From assembly GCA_043228905.1 (NCBI GenBank), contig JBHGNT010000001.1:35650001-35714000 (forward strand): 64,000 nucleotides of DNA, given 5' to 3'. Origin of the DNA: Azolla caroliniana (lineage: Eukaryota; Plantae; Polypodiophyta). Positions within the stretch are counted from its first letter, which is position 1. Every line of letters begins with the position of its first letter. Shown piece after piece: positions 14,650-27,355 of this stretch. Under the pieces are notes generated by a model. The model was not told the DNA's origin. It ran no database searches and saw nothing but the letters and a program-made list of their open reading frames with translations. Position numbers and translations under genes: made by a program.

Positions 14650-15500
14650 TTCAGATGGTAACCGTTTTTGTCAGAATATAGGCAGACAAGGTGCTATATT
14701 TGATTGGATAATTCAGTTTGTTCATCTATATGCATTTGAGGATGCTCAAGGTTTCTTGTTTATTTCTTTATTCAAGTTTCGGGTTCTCTGACATGGTTGA
14801 AGAAAAGTATGTTCACGAGTACCCACTCCCCCTCTCTTTGTTTTTTATATAGACGAGGTATATAATTTCTTGGAAATTGGGTGGCTCATGAGCATGTTTG
14901 GCAGAGATAACAATGTGGATACTACTTTATGATCATGTCTGACTTTCTGGAGGCTCTATGAGGAAGTCTAGATGCTTTAAACCCCATCTGTGCAGATGAA
15001 GATTTGTACACAGCTTCGTGCAAACTTAAGTGATGGTATTGTACATCACTCAAGCATGGGTAACAAAATCAGAATCAAAATTCTCAACAGCAAAGGAAGA
15101 TGAGGCATACTTACTTTTACCTACAAATACTTGGGAATTGCAGTAAAGCCTTGGATCTCCCTTTGTGCTGCTTATGGTTAACTTATAATGGAAATGTAAA
15201 ACTAGGCAGCCATGCATTTGTAGGGCATAAAAATAGAGCGATCTATTGAGGCCTTTATTCTCAATGATTGCCTAGATGACCAGGAACAAAGATTTGACGC
15301 CCATCCAATAGATTTCAGAGCTCCCAAAGCAAATTTACTAAAGTTTGGTGCTTATATCATCAAAGACATTTCATTGGCAAAGTAAAGGAACATGAAGTCC
15401 AATAATGCTTGCTAGAACTTAGGGAACAACAATGTTGAATTTGAAGAGGTAATTTGGAGCAAATGGTTTGTGTGCTTGATGGGAGAACCATGTATTGATA
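14650..15500 (+). mobile_element. Degenerate LINE reverse-transcriptase remnant
   Basis: Collinear decayed RT motifs: a GxPLSPxLF-like segment near 14815-14856 (ending FYIDE), an LLYADD-like segment near 14920, and YKYLGI near 15122-15140. Confidence 0.5.
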
Positions 15501-16082
15501 TTTTACAAGAATATTTATGTCCGTCATTCACTCACGAATGGCAACTATTTCATAACCTATATTTGTGTTAAAAAAAGCACATAGGTTAACCTATAGTTTT
15601 GTTAAAGAAACGTATCATGCATGTCAGATATTTAAAGAGTACATCAGGGAACTATACTAATTAACATTGGCTTACATCCAGAATACGAAGCCTATTGTAA
15701 GATCACAATGTTGATTGAACCAATAATGACTTTTCCATGGGTATCAATTGCACACATAAGGTTACCATTCCATGCTACGAAACCTCCTTAGGTACGAAGT
15801 GTTTAGGGTTACATTTTCCACATTGTAAAACACTTGTATTGTTAGACTTGCACATATGTAGTATATACTAATGTCACGAGGAGGTTTAGAGAAGAATTTA
15901 TCTTCTCCAACAGTTTGGCCTCCTCCAATCAGCCCTCTTCATGTGGACCAACCCCCACCTAGAGAGAGGTACTCTTATTAAGAGAATGTATGAGTTTAGT
16001 TGAGTTGGGGTCTAGCTAGATAGACAACATAGCATGATGGTGATGGTGATGGTGATGATTAGCAAGTGCAGAGCGATGTGGG

Positions 16083-18404
16083 ATGATGGTGGCCATCAGG
16101 ATTAGAGAGAGCGATGTGGATCATCCATTTGGGACGGCTTCAGATTGGAAGGACGTCTCAGAAGGGAAGCTGTTGGAAGAAGCTCTTGCGTACCTCCGTC
16201 CACTGTGCAAGATCAAGACGCGACGTGCTATCTCCAGGAACCTCGTCTACTACCTTGTGCAAGGCTGCACCAAGAGAAAAGACCTTTGTGTGGGAAAAGC
16301 CATCTTCTCTCTCCTTCGCGAGAATGGGCTGGAGATTGTGCCGCCCCTCGGAGACCCCCTCATCCGCCTCTTTGCCTTCCATGGCCTCCTCTCCCACGCC
16401 TCCTCCGTTTTCCTTTGCATACACAAACCGAGTTCACACACATGGCACGCTATCATCTCCGCTCACATTGCCCATGGGCATCACCCCAAGTCCCTCTCTT
16501 TGTACCATTCTATGTTGTGGTCCGGTTTTCATCCCAGCAAATTCATGCTTTCTGGCATCCTCAAAGCGTGTACATGCACGAGAAGCTTGTGCCTCGGCAT
16601 GGTGGTTCACCATCAGACACTTGAGTATGAGCTAGATTCACAAGTAGTGGTTGGTAGCGCCCTCATTGCATTGTACTCAAAATGTGGAATCTTGGAAGAT
16701 GCTCGATATGTTTTTAATAGGTTGCCCTCGAGAAATGTCATATCTTGGAACACAATGCTAGCTGGCTATACACACCATGGAGATGGTTTGCTTGCCTGGG
16801 GACTCTTTGAGAAAATGCAACAAGAGAGTTTAAAACCAGACGAGTTCACATTTTCATGCATCTTGAAAGCATGTGGGATCATGGAATCTCTGGGCCGAGG
16901 AGAATTAGTGCACAAAGCAATTATACAAAGGGGACTGTTGATCGATATCGTCGTTGGAAATGCTTTGATAGACATGTACTCGAAGTGCGCCAATTTGAAC
17001 AAGGCTCGAGAAGTCTTTGAAAACATGATTAACCCAAATGTGATATCGTGGAATTCGTTAACAATGGGATATGCTCAGCATGGGCTTGGTTTCGATGCTC
17101 TCGAGCTTTTCACAAAGATGCAGGAAGAACGGATCACGCCCAACAAAGCTACCTTCTTATCTCTTTTGAAGGCTTGTGGCAGTGTTTCTGCGAAAGAAGA
17201 AGGCAAATGGATACATAATCAAACCATTATCAGTGGCCTGGCCACAGATATGGAGATTGGAAGCGCCTTGGTTGACATGTATGCGCACTGTGGGAGCCTC
17301 ATTGATGCCCATGGAGTGTTTGATAAACTATCTAATCGTGATTGCGTGTTATGCTCAACCATCATCTCTGCGTGTGTACATCATGGACATTGTTCTACTG
17401 CTCTCAAGGTTTTTATGAAAATGGAAGAGGATCAGATTAAACCAGATAAAGTAACCCTTTTATGTGTTTTGAAAGCGTGTAGTAGCATGAAAGCGTTAAA
17501 TCAAGGAAGACTTGTTCATGAGCAGATACTAAATTGTGGGCTTGTATATGATGTAGTCATTAGGAACTCTCTCATCGATGTATATATAAAATGTGGTAAT
17601 TTGGACGAAGCACGGAAACTATTTGATGATTTCCCAAACAAGAACATAGTTTCATGGGATTCAATGATTGCTGGATATGCTCATGCTGGATTCGGGTATC
17701 TTGCACTTGAAATTTTTGAGAAGATGCTGTTACAAGGCTCTGATCCGGACAAAGTATCCTTTCTGTGCACCTTGAAAGCATCTGGTGGTATTGGAGCCAT
17801 TCTCCAGGGAAGGCTTATACATGATATGATAAATAGGAACGGCTATGAAAAGGATGCAGAGGTTGGGAATAGTTTGATCGACATGTATGCTAAATGTGGA
17901 AGTCTTGATGAGGCAAGCCGAGCTTTCAAGCTGTTACCCTGTCATAACTTGGCTTCTTGGGGAGCCTTAATCGCAGGCTATGCTCAACAAGGTAATTTTG
18001 AGTCAGCCAATGGATATATTGATGAAATGCAACAAGAAGGTTTGAAGCCCATTGGCATGATTTACACCAGCATGCTCGTGGCCTGCTGTCAAGCAGGCAA
18101 AGTAGAGGAAGGCCATCAACAATTTGCTTTACTATTGGAAGATCATGTACCTGCCATTGAACACTATAATTGCATGATTGATCTTTTGGGAAGAAGTGGC
18201 CATTTACATGAGGCACAAAGGCTTCTTAGAGCTATGCCCACCTCACCTGATGTTTTGAGTTGGATGTCATTGCTTGCTTCATGCAAGACCTATGGGAATA
18301 TACACCTGGGAAAACAGTGCTACAAGGAAGTTGTGAAGTTGGACCCTGACAATGTAGCGGCCCGTTCTCTTATGTCAGACCTGGCTGCAGAATTTAAATT
18401 GTAA
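16083..18404 (+). CDS. PLS-class pentatricopeptide repeat protein with C-terminal E-like extension and no DYW domain (candidate organellar RNA-editing factor)
   Basis: 773-aa intronless ORF. It has repeated P/L/S motifs (SWNTMLAGY, TFSCILKAC, ALIDMYSKC) followed by HYNCMIDLLGRSG...WMSLLASC...LDPDN (S2/E1). The start codon is uncertain. Confidence 0.93.
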   Translation: MMVAIRIRESDVDHPFGTASDWKDVSEGKLLEEALAYLRPLCKIKTRRAISRNLVYYLVQGCTKRKDLCVGKAIFSLLRENGLEIVPPLGDPLIRLFAFHGLLSHASSVFLCIHKPSSHTWHAIISAHIAHGHHPKSLSLYHSMLWSGFHPSKFMLSGILKACTCTRSLCLGMVVHHQTLEYELDSQVVVGSALIALYSKCGILEDARYVFNRLPSRNVISWNTMLAGYTHHGDGLLAWGLFEKMQQESLKPDEFTFSCILKACGIMESLGRGELVHKAIIQRGLLIDIVVGNALIDMYSKCANLNKAREVFENMINPNVISWNSLTMGYAQHGLGFDALELFTKMQEERITPNKATFLSLLKACGSVSAKEEGKWIHNQTIISGLATDMEIGSALVDMYAHCGSLIDAHGVFDKLSNRDCVLCSTIISACVHHGHCSTALKVFMKMEEDQIKPDKVTLLCVLKACSSMKALNQGRLVHEQILNCGLVYDVVIRNSLIDVYIKCGNLDEARKLFDDFPNKNIVSWDSMIAGYAHAGFGYLALEIFEKMLLQGSDPDKVSFLCTLKASGGIGAILQGRLIHDMINRNGYEKDAEVGNSLIDMYAKCGSLDEASRAFKLLPCHNLASWGALIAGYAQQGNFESANGYIDEMQQEGLKPIGMIYTSMLVACCQAGKVEEGHQQFALLLEDHVPAIEHYNCMIDLLGRSGHLHEAQRLLRAMPTSPDVLSWMSLLASCKTYGNIHLGKQCYKEVVKLDPDNVAARSLMSDLAAEFKL

Positions 18405-19389
18405 CATACATTTGTTCCTGAGGTGACAAATCCAAAGTTTGGGAAGGATTGGCTTAAAAGTTCAGATCAGTGGCAGAGGGATGCATGAATATATATTGCC
18501 AGTGGTACACCGCAATAGTATTGTATTGATTAGAACTGGAAGAGCGTGCAAATATTAATCATTGTTACTTCGCATAGATTGCAACCATGCCTCACAAGTC
18601 ACAAAAAATCAGGGGTGCTCATTTACCATTGAACTGAGTTCTATGTTTGCATACAATGAGGTCTATTTTGGAATAAACATCAACATGGGTGCGGCAATGA
18701 GACTTCAAGGGAAGAAGTCACTATGGGTTTGGCAATGAAAGAGTTTTAAGCTGATGCAAATGGATATACCCTCTTATCACTATACAAACATTGTAAGAAG
18801 CTTTCACTGTAAATATGCTTATCAAAGTAGCTCAAATAGCAAAACAAATTTGCAGGATGCAACATAGATCTTGCAGATTTCACCTTCTTAGGCCTGCAGG
18901 ATGACTGATAATATCGAAATCGTCTTGATTGAATTGATACATGACAAAAATGGATAAATGCAATGGGCAACTAATCAGCATCAATCAAATAATAGATGCT
19001 AAAAATTTGGCCTTTCCTTCAAACGTCAAATGTCCCTAATTGTCTTAGACAATAATAACATTTAAATTAATGAGTACATGTATGCTTCTCAAGAGTTCTT
19101 GGGGAAACCCACATCTAATGGGCCATAAAACACCATACATAATGCGTCTTGTGCACCAGTGACTGATTCGTGGAAATCCATATATTAGCCAATGAGATAC
19201 TAACATAATAATTAGCCTTTCATAAACACATTATGTGCAATGAGTTTGAACTAACCACCACTTGCATATGAAAGACTATTAAATGATAGAAAGAATATGT
19301 GCTTATTGATAATCTGAGATTGTTCCAAGGATAAAGAATACTGATATATTTTATTTAGTTGCGAGAATTCACAGGTAGAATAATTGTAG

Positions 19390-19912
19390 GGAAAGATTCA
19401 TGAGTTATCATGTGATGTATACAAAGCTAGGATGGAAATTTCAAGTTATCTTTTGAATGGATTGCATGGGTGGCAGTATAACAAATTCATGATAACTCAT
19501 GAATGGAAAGATTCATGAGTTATCATGTAATGTATACAAAACTAGGATGGAAATTTCAAGTTATCTTTTGAATGGATTGCATGGTTTTCATATTATAACA
19601 AATACAATCTCATGTGATTCAAATGAAGCACAGCAACACAAATCCAAGCTATGATTGAAAATTCAAGTTATCTTTTGTACGGGTTGCATGGGTGGTGGTA
19701 TTATGCCCATTGAATTTCAGATTTTTCATAGTATACAAATACAATCTCAAATGACATTCAAATGATGCAAAGCTGGTTACAACACAAATCCAAGTTAACT
19801 TCAGTATCAGGGCATGGGTGTGTCCATTGAAATTCAGATTTTTTGTATTATATCAAACACAATCTCCAATGGTATTCAAATGAAGCAAAGCTGATTACAA
19901 CGCAAATTCAAA
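19390..19912. repeat. Complex tandem duplication
   Basis: An 80-bp unit GGAAAGATTCATGAGTTATC...GATTGCATGG occurs at 19390 and 19505 (period 115). Three diverged copies of ACAAATACAATCTC...ATTCAAATGAAGCA...CAACACAAATCCAAG follow at about 19597, 19735 and 19853. Confidence 0.85.
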
Positions 19913-20199
19913 TGCAAAAGCAAAGAACGTTCACTTGCAGCAAAGCATGCATGACCTTCAGATAAAGTAAAAAATACTTAATTAACTCACAGCTTCCATA
20001 ACCTTTGGAAAAGTGATGAACGTGGAGCATGCATGGTTTTTATTTTTAATGGAGCAATGAACTCATACACTATTGATAACAAATCAGAATCCATCTATAG
20101 GGATAATGTTGAGATATACTATCTCCAAATCAGACTTCAAACTCTATGAGTTCACTATGCCTTCATTCTACTTCCATACCGCATTTACTCTTTAAAGAC

Positions 20200-20365
20200 A
20201 TGTCATATCACAGTATAGAACTAAAACATAAACCACAGCTCGAACATTGTGGTTAATTATCACCAAGCCAACACCAGATAAAGACAGAAACTTATTTGGG
20301 CTTTGTTGATTAATTAATTGTTAAGCTGTGGTTTATGTCTTCAGTTCTATACTTCAACATGACAT
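20200..20365. repeat. Inverted repeat / long hairpin
   Basis: 20212-20240 AGTATAGAACTaaaACATAAACCACAGCT is complementary to 20324-20353. Outer ATGTCAT/ATGACAT and an imperfect inner stem extend the pairing. Confidence 0.85.
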
Positions 20366-20792
20366 AAATTTCACAAGAATTCAAATTTGATCCTCACCAC
20401 AGGGCCGACCTTGTCCCATGGATTGTATTCGGTCTCACATGGACGTTTAAAACCTACCCGTCTCTTCACCCATTCACATTAGATACAATAAAAGAAGTAG
20501 GCATAGCAGTACTCGAATAATGGAATGCAACCATAAAAATTACATTAATGTGTTGCAACATTGATTAAGATTGTGATATTAGACTGCCAGAATTATGGAG
20601 TGAAGTTAAAAATCTTTTAGAAAACCTATGCGACTGATCCATGTTGACAACAAATGCATGATAACAAGAAACCTCATCATAAACTCATGGAAGAAAGGCG
20701 ATGTTTGTTACAACTTACAATCGAGGAGGAGGAGGAAGAGGAGAGGAAGAAGGAAGCCCCAGGCAAATAAAGAAGGAAAGGCAAGGCTTCAT

Positions 20793-21359
20793 TCACTTTT
20801 TACCACCCTTGCCCTTACCCGCCTTCTTCTTCTTCTCAATGACAACCTCACCAACACTGAGGATGGGGACAGTGGAGAGCGAGGAGAGGCCACCATAGCG
20901 TTTGTTGAACCTCTCCACACGATCCGCATCCTGCAGAAACGTTGTGTCCTTGCCCTGGTAAAAGGGATGGTTTCCTGACCACACATCCACAACATATGTG
21001 GGCATCGTGCCACCTGTCTTCATCACGAGCTCCCCATTGCAGAACACCTCCGCTTGGCTGTAGAACTTGGGGTGAATCCCTTCTTTCCGGCACATCACAC
21101 GTGCACACCCTCTATCCACCTGAGCAAACCACCCACATCCTCCACCGATCATCAAATGAAGTAAAACAATTCACTCCTGAGTCATCATAAGCCTCGGGAT
21201 GTGCCAGCAGACCGTTAAAGAAAACAGAAACGAAATAGGAAAACACAGATGAAAACTCACACACACACACACACATACACAGAGAGAGAAAGAGAGAACA
21301 TGTACCTGAACGGCACAAGTCCCTTGCAAGAAAGTGGAAGTCACTGAGGATGTCGCCAT
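20793..21359 (-). CDS. RPL31: Plastid 50S ribosomal protein L31 (nuclear-encoded)
   Basis: Exon 21306-21359 encodes a Ser/Thr-rich transit-like peptide MATSSVTSTFLQGTCAVQ. Exon 20793-21119 encodes CRKEGIHPKFY...VFCNGELVMKTGGT...VVDVWSGNHPFYQG...RVERFNKRY and a Lys-rich tail. GT-AG intron in phase 0. Confidence 0.92.
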
Positions 21360-21419
21360 ATCCCTGCTCCACGCCCAACTCTGTGGTTGTATAGTATGTA
21401 GTGTGTCTCGAGTGAAGAG

Positions 21420-21544
21420 AGATAAGAGAGATAAGAGAGCTAAATCTCTAATATATACATAATATGTACATATATGTATGTATATACACACATGCATACA
21501 TACATATATGCATAGTACATACATACATACATACATATATTATG

Positions 21545-21575
<31 letters not shown>

Positions 21576-21785
21576 AGAGAGAGAGAGAGAGACCTTCATC
21601 ATCACTTGGAGGCGAAAGCATTTGACTTGTCGCCACAAGGCAATAGTTGAGAATGAATATCCTCGAGGCACTTGTAATTAGCCCTGGGAAATGGTGTCTA
21701 GGACCCACCCTCTCCTCACTAAACAATCGCCCTTTTGTAGCAGGCACGTGAATCCCCAGCTTCCCTAATGCTCTTATCTTATCAC
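21420..21785 (-). promoter_or_regulatory. Light-responsive-type promoter elements upstream of plastid RPL31
   Basis: G-box CACGTG at 21745-21750. I-box/GATA cores GATAAG at 21421 and 21430 and CTTATC at 21773 and 21778. Motif match only. Confidence 0.35.
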
Positions 21786-22706
21786 ACTGAAACCATGACA
21801 AGGATGTCTGCAAAGAACATAATCTGGATGGTGATTGAAGGATACCATCTCTACATTATATGTACAAGTTTTTTCTTCCTTTTCTAAGCTATGTTTGGAA
21901 TGAGTAACAATTGTCTTAATAGCTAACTCAGAAGGTTTCTGCAACATTGATCAAACACACTTCTCGATCTGTAACTAGTAAACTAACAACTACTTTGTTG
22001 AAAACCATCATTTTCCAAAACACTTGGGGATCTAATGGATTCTTTGAATGTTTGCTTGGAAGTTAATCAATTTGTTTGCTACACATGTACAATCATTTAG
22101 TGTGTAATACAATACACTTAGAGATGAGTTGTTAAATATCTAGTATGCAAACCAAGGATGGATTGCAAATTTGTGTGATCATTGCTTGCTACGTAATAAG
22201 ATTGGTATAAACTAACTTATTTCTAGCCATGCTAATGTAAACAACTTGACTCGTAACCCATCATCATATGTTATATTTTCTTGTGTGTGGATCACCAATT
22301 TATCAATCGATTTTATCCCGAGGTTATGCACCAATTGCTGCACATCATCAAAGTAAATAACCCTCTACTAAGGCCAAATTCTTCTACGTTGCAAAATTTG
22401 TTTTCTCTATATCTAGTGGTGAAGGGGGTCTTGAAGATCAAAGAGGAATATTCCAGATGTGAGACAGCAAAAGCCTCTCTTATTGTATTAGATTGTCAAG
22501 GTAGTTAGGTTGATTGATTCCATTGCCCCCGCGAGAGGCATTAATGTGTGGGTTTCTGAACTACGGTATGATTTTTCGGCCATGTGTTCTGAGAAGCAAT
22601 ACATAGATGGGATTCGGTAAACGGGGTCGGGTTGGGCGATGGATTCGTGTTGAAGTCCCACCAATTCATCGTTAAAACAAAGCCTCTCTAATCCTATGCG
22701 CACACG

Positions 22707-22762
<56 letters not shown>

Positions 22763-22875
22763 TGCACGAACGAACGATGCCTTCTCCTTTTTCTCTGTAG
22801 ATCAATAATAATAATAATTCCTGCTGTCTCCTAAGAGAGTCTTCCCTCCCCTGTTTTCTGTGTGTTTTCCTCGCC

Positions 22876-25800
22876 ATGGATTTCTCAGAGCTGGAGGCAT
22901 CAGAGGGGCTGCGATGGACATGGCACGCCTGGCCATCGGATCGGCGGTCGGCGGAGAAGATGGTGATCCCCCTGGCCGTCATGTGCTGCCCTCTCTTCTC
23001 CGCCGCCACTGCAGACGACGACATCCCCACGCTGCCCTATTCCCCTCTCAGATGCAGCAGCTGCGGCGGCGTGCTCAACCCCTACGCCCGTCTCGATCCC
23101 TCCACCAAGCTCTGGATATGTCCTTTCTGCCTCCACCGCAACTCCCTCCCTCTCTCACACCACCACTATGCGTCCGATCAGGGCGTCCTCCCTGCCGAGC
23201 TCTTCCCCGCTCACACGTGCGTAGAGTATATCATCCCTCCTCCTCCACGCCCTTATGCTGTCTCTTATCCCCTCCAACAGCAGCAGCAGCAGATGGCCCC
23301 ACCCCTGCCTCCTGCCGCCGGCCCCACTTTTGTCTTTGTCATTGATACTTGTATCTCGGCGCAAGATTTTGGAGCCTTGAAGAAGGCGATTTCCCATACT
23401 GTCAGCCTCTTGCCAAACAATGCCGTGCTTGGCCTACTCTCCTTTGGGACACAAGTTCATGTCCATGAACTCGGATCGAACAATCATTACATGAAGGCGC
23501 TTGTATTCGATTGGCAGAGAGAATATACTTCTCTTCGGGTATGGTCTCTGCGTGCGTTTATCTTATCTCTTACTTTCCTTGATTGTAATGTGATCATCAT
23601 CCAGGTTTGGAAGGTTATTAATGTATTGCTTGGTCAGGCCCCGTCTAGCAGTAGTACCCTTAGATAGTATTCCTGGTTGAACAAAATCCTACTGCCCGAT
23701 TCAATATCATTCACAGTCATAACTGTCTTCAGAAATTGTTTGATGACACCCATTGTTCACCATAAAATTCATCCTGATCCTTTGAATTTTGATTCGTTGC
23801 ATTTGTCACATTCAATCTGGATGTCCCAAACTGGATCAGAGCTCGACTCCGGGGGAAAGAAGTGAACCTTTTCCCCTCTGATTTTCGACATTTGAGAGGA
23901 GGGATAGGTGAAGCATGGGAAGCTGTAGCAGTAAAGCCTCTTTTTGGCTAAGAAACAAGATTGCATCTTGGGTATTGTTTTCCACAATGTCCTCATAAAG
24001 GAGGGAGAGGTGAAGCATGGGGAGGTGTAGCAGTAAAGCAGCTTTCTGGCTAAGAAACAAAGTTGCATCATGGGTATTGTTTTCCACAATCTCCTCATAA
24101 AGGTACGAGAGCTCCTAGTTTTTAAGATGGTTTCATTCCTGTAATCAGTTCCAGTTATTAGAACGCAGACATCCTTAAAGAAGGTGTCAAAGTATGAAAT
24201 AGGGAGTTCAATGAAAATAATTTTTCATTACGGAAACGGAGAATGCAAGCTGTTTTAAGAAAAAATAATGGCTTGGTGGCAATTTGAGAGAGGCCTGTGG
24301 GGGTCTCTGAAAATGGCTAGTGAAACAGTGTGGATGAAAAGACTACTGCTCATTTGCACATAGCACAAGCTCATGAGGTATTGTCAAAGTGAGGCGGAAA
24401 GGAAACGGCAAAAGAGATATGGGATATACTGACAAAATCGTAGCAGGCCTCATCAAAATCTTTTTGAAGAGGATGCTTTACGCCCTTTGAGTGGATTCAA
24501 TAATTTGATGGGAGATAATGACAAAAGCCATGACTCAGAACATAAATTGGGGTCATAAATTGGAGAAAAAAATCCTATCTTGGAAAGGATTGTAAGAAAT
24601 TTTTGTGCTAAGTTGTTTCAAGGCGTTTATGGAAGTTTAGTTCATCAGTTACCATGGTACAAGGAACTTAGGCCATTAATCATTGGATTTAATTTACCTT
24701 ACAATCAATTGTTGAGCATTAATGCTGCAGATAGAATTTAGAAATGCAGTTTCCCATCTTTGTTTCGTGGTTATAATAATGTCACGATGATGTATGTATG
24801 TATATGTAATGGTGCAGATGTTGGGAAATAATATAAATGGGAGGGATGTATCTATTGACCCCTAATTCCTCTTTCACGGCAGCAGCTTGCTTTATCTATG
24901 TTAGGTGTGCCTGCATGTGATAATATAGGACTTATGAAATGGATGATAATATATTGCAACCCTCAATATAAATTACTTTACATGCATAAAATAATGGATA
25001 ACGCAGCTGCAAGAAAATGGATTCTCCTACATTATTAAACAGGTTTTTGCATAATTATGATGGATGACTATAAAATTAACCATAAAGTGTTTCAGTCTGT
25101 TTTCATCCTGTTGTGGTTAACCTATTATACTAAACTGCTTGTTCCTGCAGATCCAGCAATTATTGAGCATAAATAGTAAATCTCAAAGGGCCATGGGCAT
25201 GAAACAAGGGGGAATCAACCGCTTCCTTGTTCCAAATGCAGATAATGAATTTAATTTTCTAACTGTTCTTGAGGAGCTGCAGCCCGAAATTGGCAACACT
25301 GACTTCAAGCACAGGCCTCAACGGGCCACAGGAGTGGCTTTGAACATAGCTGTTTCATTGCTGGAGGGTTGGTCAAGCAATTCTGGGTCAAGGATATTGC
25401 TATTTGTTGGAGGTCCTGCAACGATAGGACAAGGGAAGGTTGTGAGCACGAATCTTGAAGATAGTATGCGTAGTCACCGTGACCTTGGTAATAATCGAGC
25501 ACATCATTCCCAAAAGGCAGAGAAGTTTTATAAGAATATTGAAGATACTTTGGTGTCCAAAGGGTTAGTGCTGGATGTTTTTGCTTGTTCCCTGGATCAA
25601 GTAGGTGTCCATGAAATGAAACCAGCCGTAGAGGCCTCTGGTGGACTACTGGTGCTGGCTGAGACGTACGAGTCAGATGAATTCATAAAATCGTTACAAC
25701 GTCTTTTTGCATTCAATAATGCAGATGGTCTTCTGAAAATGTGTTTCAATGCAACTCTGGAGGTTATAACTAGCCCGAAAGTGAAGGTCTCTCAAGCTTT

Positions 25801-26815
25801 CGGACCCTGCTCTTCACTGGGTCATAAGAGCAGTAACAACAAGCAGGCTGGAACGAGCACGTGGAAAATGTGCACCTTAAATGAGAAGACCAACATTGCA
25901 TTCCTCTTTGAATTGTCAAATCAATCCACTATAGGTGCACAACCAGGCACTGCTTTTGTTATCCAATTTATAACAAAGTATCACAAAAGCGATGGTCAGG
26001 CTCGGGTTCGAGTCACGACGACTGCGAGGCGGTGGATTGATGAATCTCAATTTCAGGAGCTTAAAGCAGGATTTGACCAGGAAGCGTCAGCTGCCATCAT
26101 TGCAAGGATTGCATTACAGAAAGTGTCTGGGCAAGATGTGTTGGATGTCATAACTTGGCTTGAACACATGTTGATTAGATTTGCTGCTAAGTATGGAGAT
26201 TATCACCAGGAAGTAGCTGAATCTTTTCAACTTTCATCTGGTTTCTCTTTGTTTCCGCAGCTTATGTTTTACTTGCGCCGCTCTCCATTTCTCCAAGTAA
26301 GCAACAACACACCAGATGAAACTGCTTTCTTTCGCTTGATGCTGAATAGAGAAGGTGTAGCAGAAACTGTTATTATGATACAACCCACATTGTTCTCTTA
26401 TTCCTTTGATGGTCCTCCAAGGCCAGTCTTGCTTGATATTAACTCAATCAAGGCTAATACCATCCTCCTCTTTGATGCATTCTTTGTTGTAGTAGTGCAT
26501 TGTGGATCCATCATTGCTCAATGGAGGAAGCTTAACTATCATAATGATCCATCACATGAAAACTTCAAAAAACTGTTGGAAGCACCTGTCATAGATGCAC
26601 AATCTCTACTTATGGAACGGAATCCACCCCCAAAGTTCATTCAATGTGATCAACATAGTAGCCAAGCAAGGTTTTTATTAGCCAGATTGAATCCATCAGT
26701 TACGCATAGAAGTGAGAATGTTGGGGATTCTGATTTGATTTTCACCGATGATATGAGCTTACAAGTATTTATTGATCATTTACAAGAACTTGCTGTGAAG
26801 GATGGGTATATATGA
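22876..26815 (+). CDS. SEC23: COPII coat protein SEC23 (two exons)
   Basis: Exon 22876-23538 (MDFSELEASEGLRWTW, Zn finger CSSC...CPFC, FVFVIDTC) joins exon 25151-26815 (RATGVALNIA, FDQEASAA, QHSSQARFLLARLNPS, IFTDDMSLQVFIDHLQELAV) through a phase-0 GT-AG intron. Confidence 0.95.
23899..24102. repeat. Tandem direct repeat, 2 x 102 bp, in the SEC23 intron
   Basis: GAGGGA(T/G)AGGTGAAGCATGGG...TTCCACAAT(G/C)TCCTCATAAAG at 23899-24000 and 24001-24102. Confidence 0.9.
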
Positions 26816-26964
26816 GTTTACTGATGTTTCTGCTTTTGGTTTATAGCTTAATTATAAAGCTACTTCAAAAGATGAATTTTGCATATACAAATTTGCTCTT
26901 GTTATATGCCTTATGAGGAGAAACATCCTCTAAAGACAATACAACTTAATAGCAACATTAATTG

Positions 26965-27355
26965 CAATAGAGGTATAGAAACAAGGGCAACTGTGACATC
27001 TCATAAGCCAATGGTCCTCATAGAACCTATCACAACCCAGTCAACACAAGTATGAACAATGTCATTGAAAAACCCTTGAATCTATCTCATGAGAAATTGC
27101 AGCAAAGTTGCTGCTTGTAAATAAGAGTATAGGACTGAAAATCATACATATGTCATAAGCCAACAAACCTCATCAAACCCAATCATAGCCATTGCACCAA
27201 ACAACCATGAATATAAACAAAATGTCTTTGAAATTCCTAGTTATAGAGTTGAAGCTATATTGATAGAAATTTCAATAGAATTGATAGTAATAGAGTATAG
27301 AAACAGGACTAACATTCATATCTCATAGGCCAAGGATTCTTGTTAAACCCAAATT
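26965..27355. repeat. Three diverged ~160-bp tandem units downstream of SEC23
   Basis: Recurrent AGAGTATAG...TCATA(A/G)GCCAA...AACC at about 26969, 27124 and 27292. Confidence 0.6.

Noticed and set aside
16114-16635. Overlapping alternative-frame ORFs in the PPR 5' region (similarly in SEC23 exon 1 and LUX)
   Set aside because: Explained by the GC-rich, stop-poor sequence of the real CDS. No recognisable motifs.
19390-19912. Regularly recurring repeats suggestive of a CRISPR-like array
   Set aside because: Eukaryotic context, long diverged units without unique equal-length spacers, and no cas genes.
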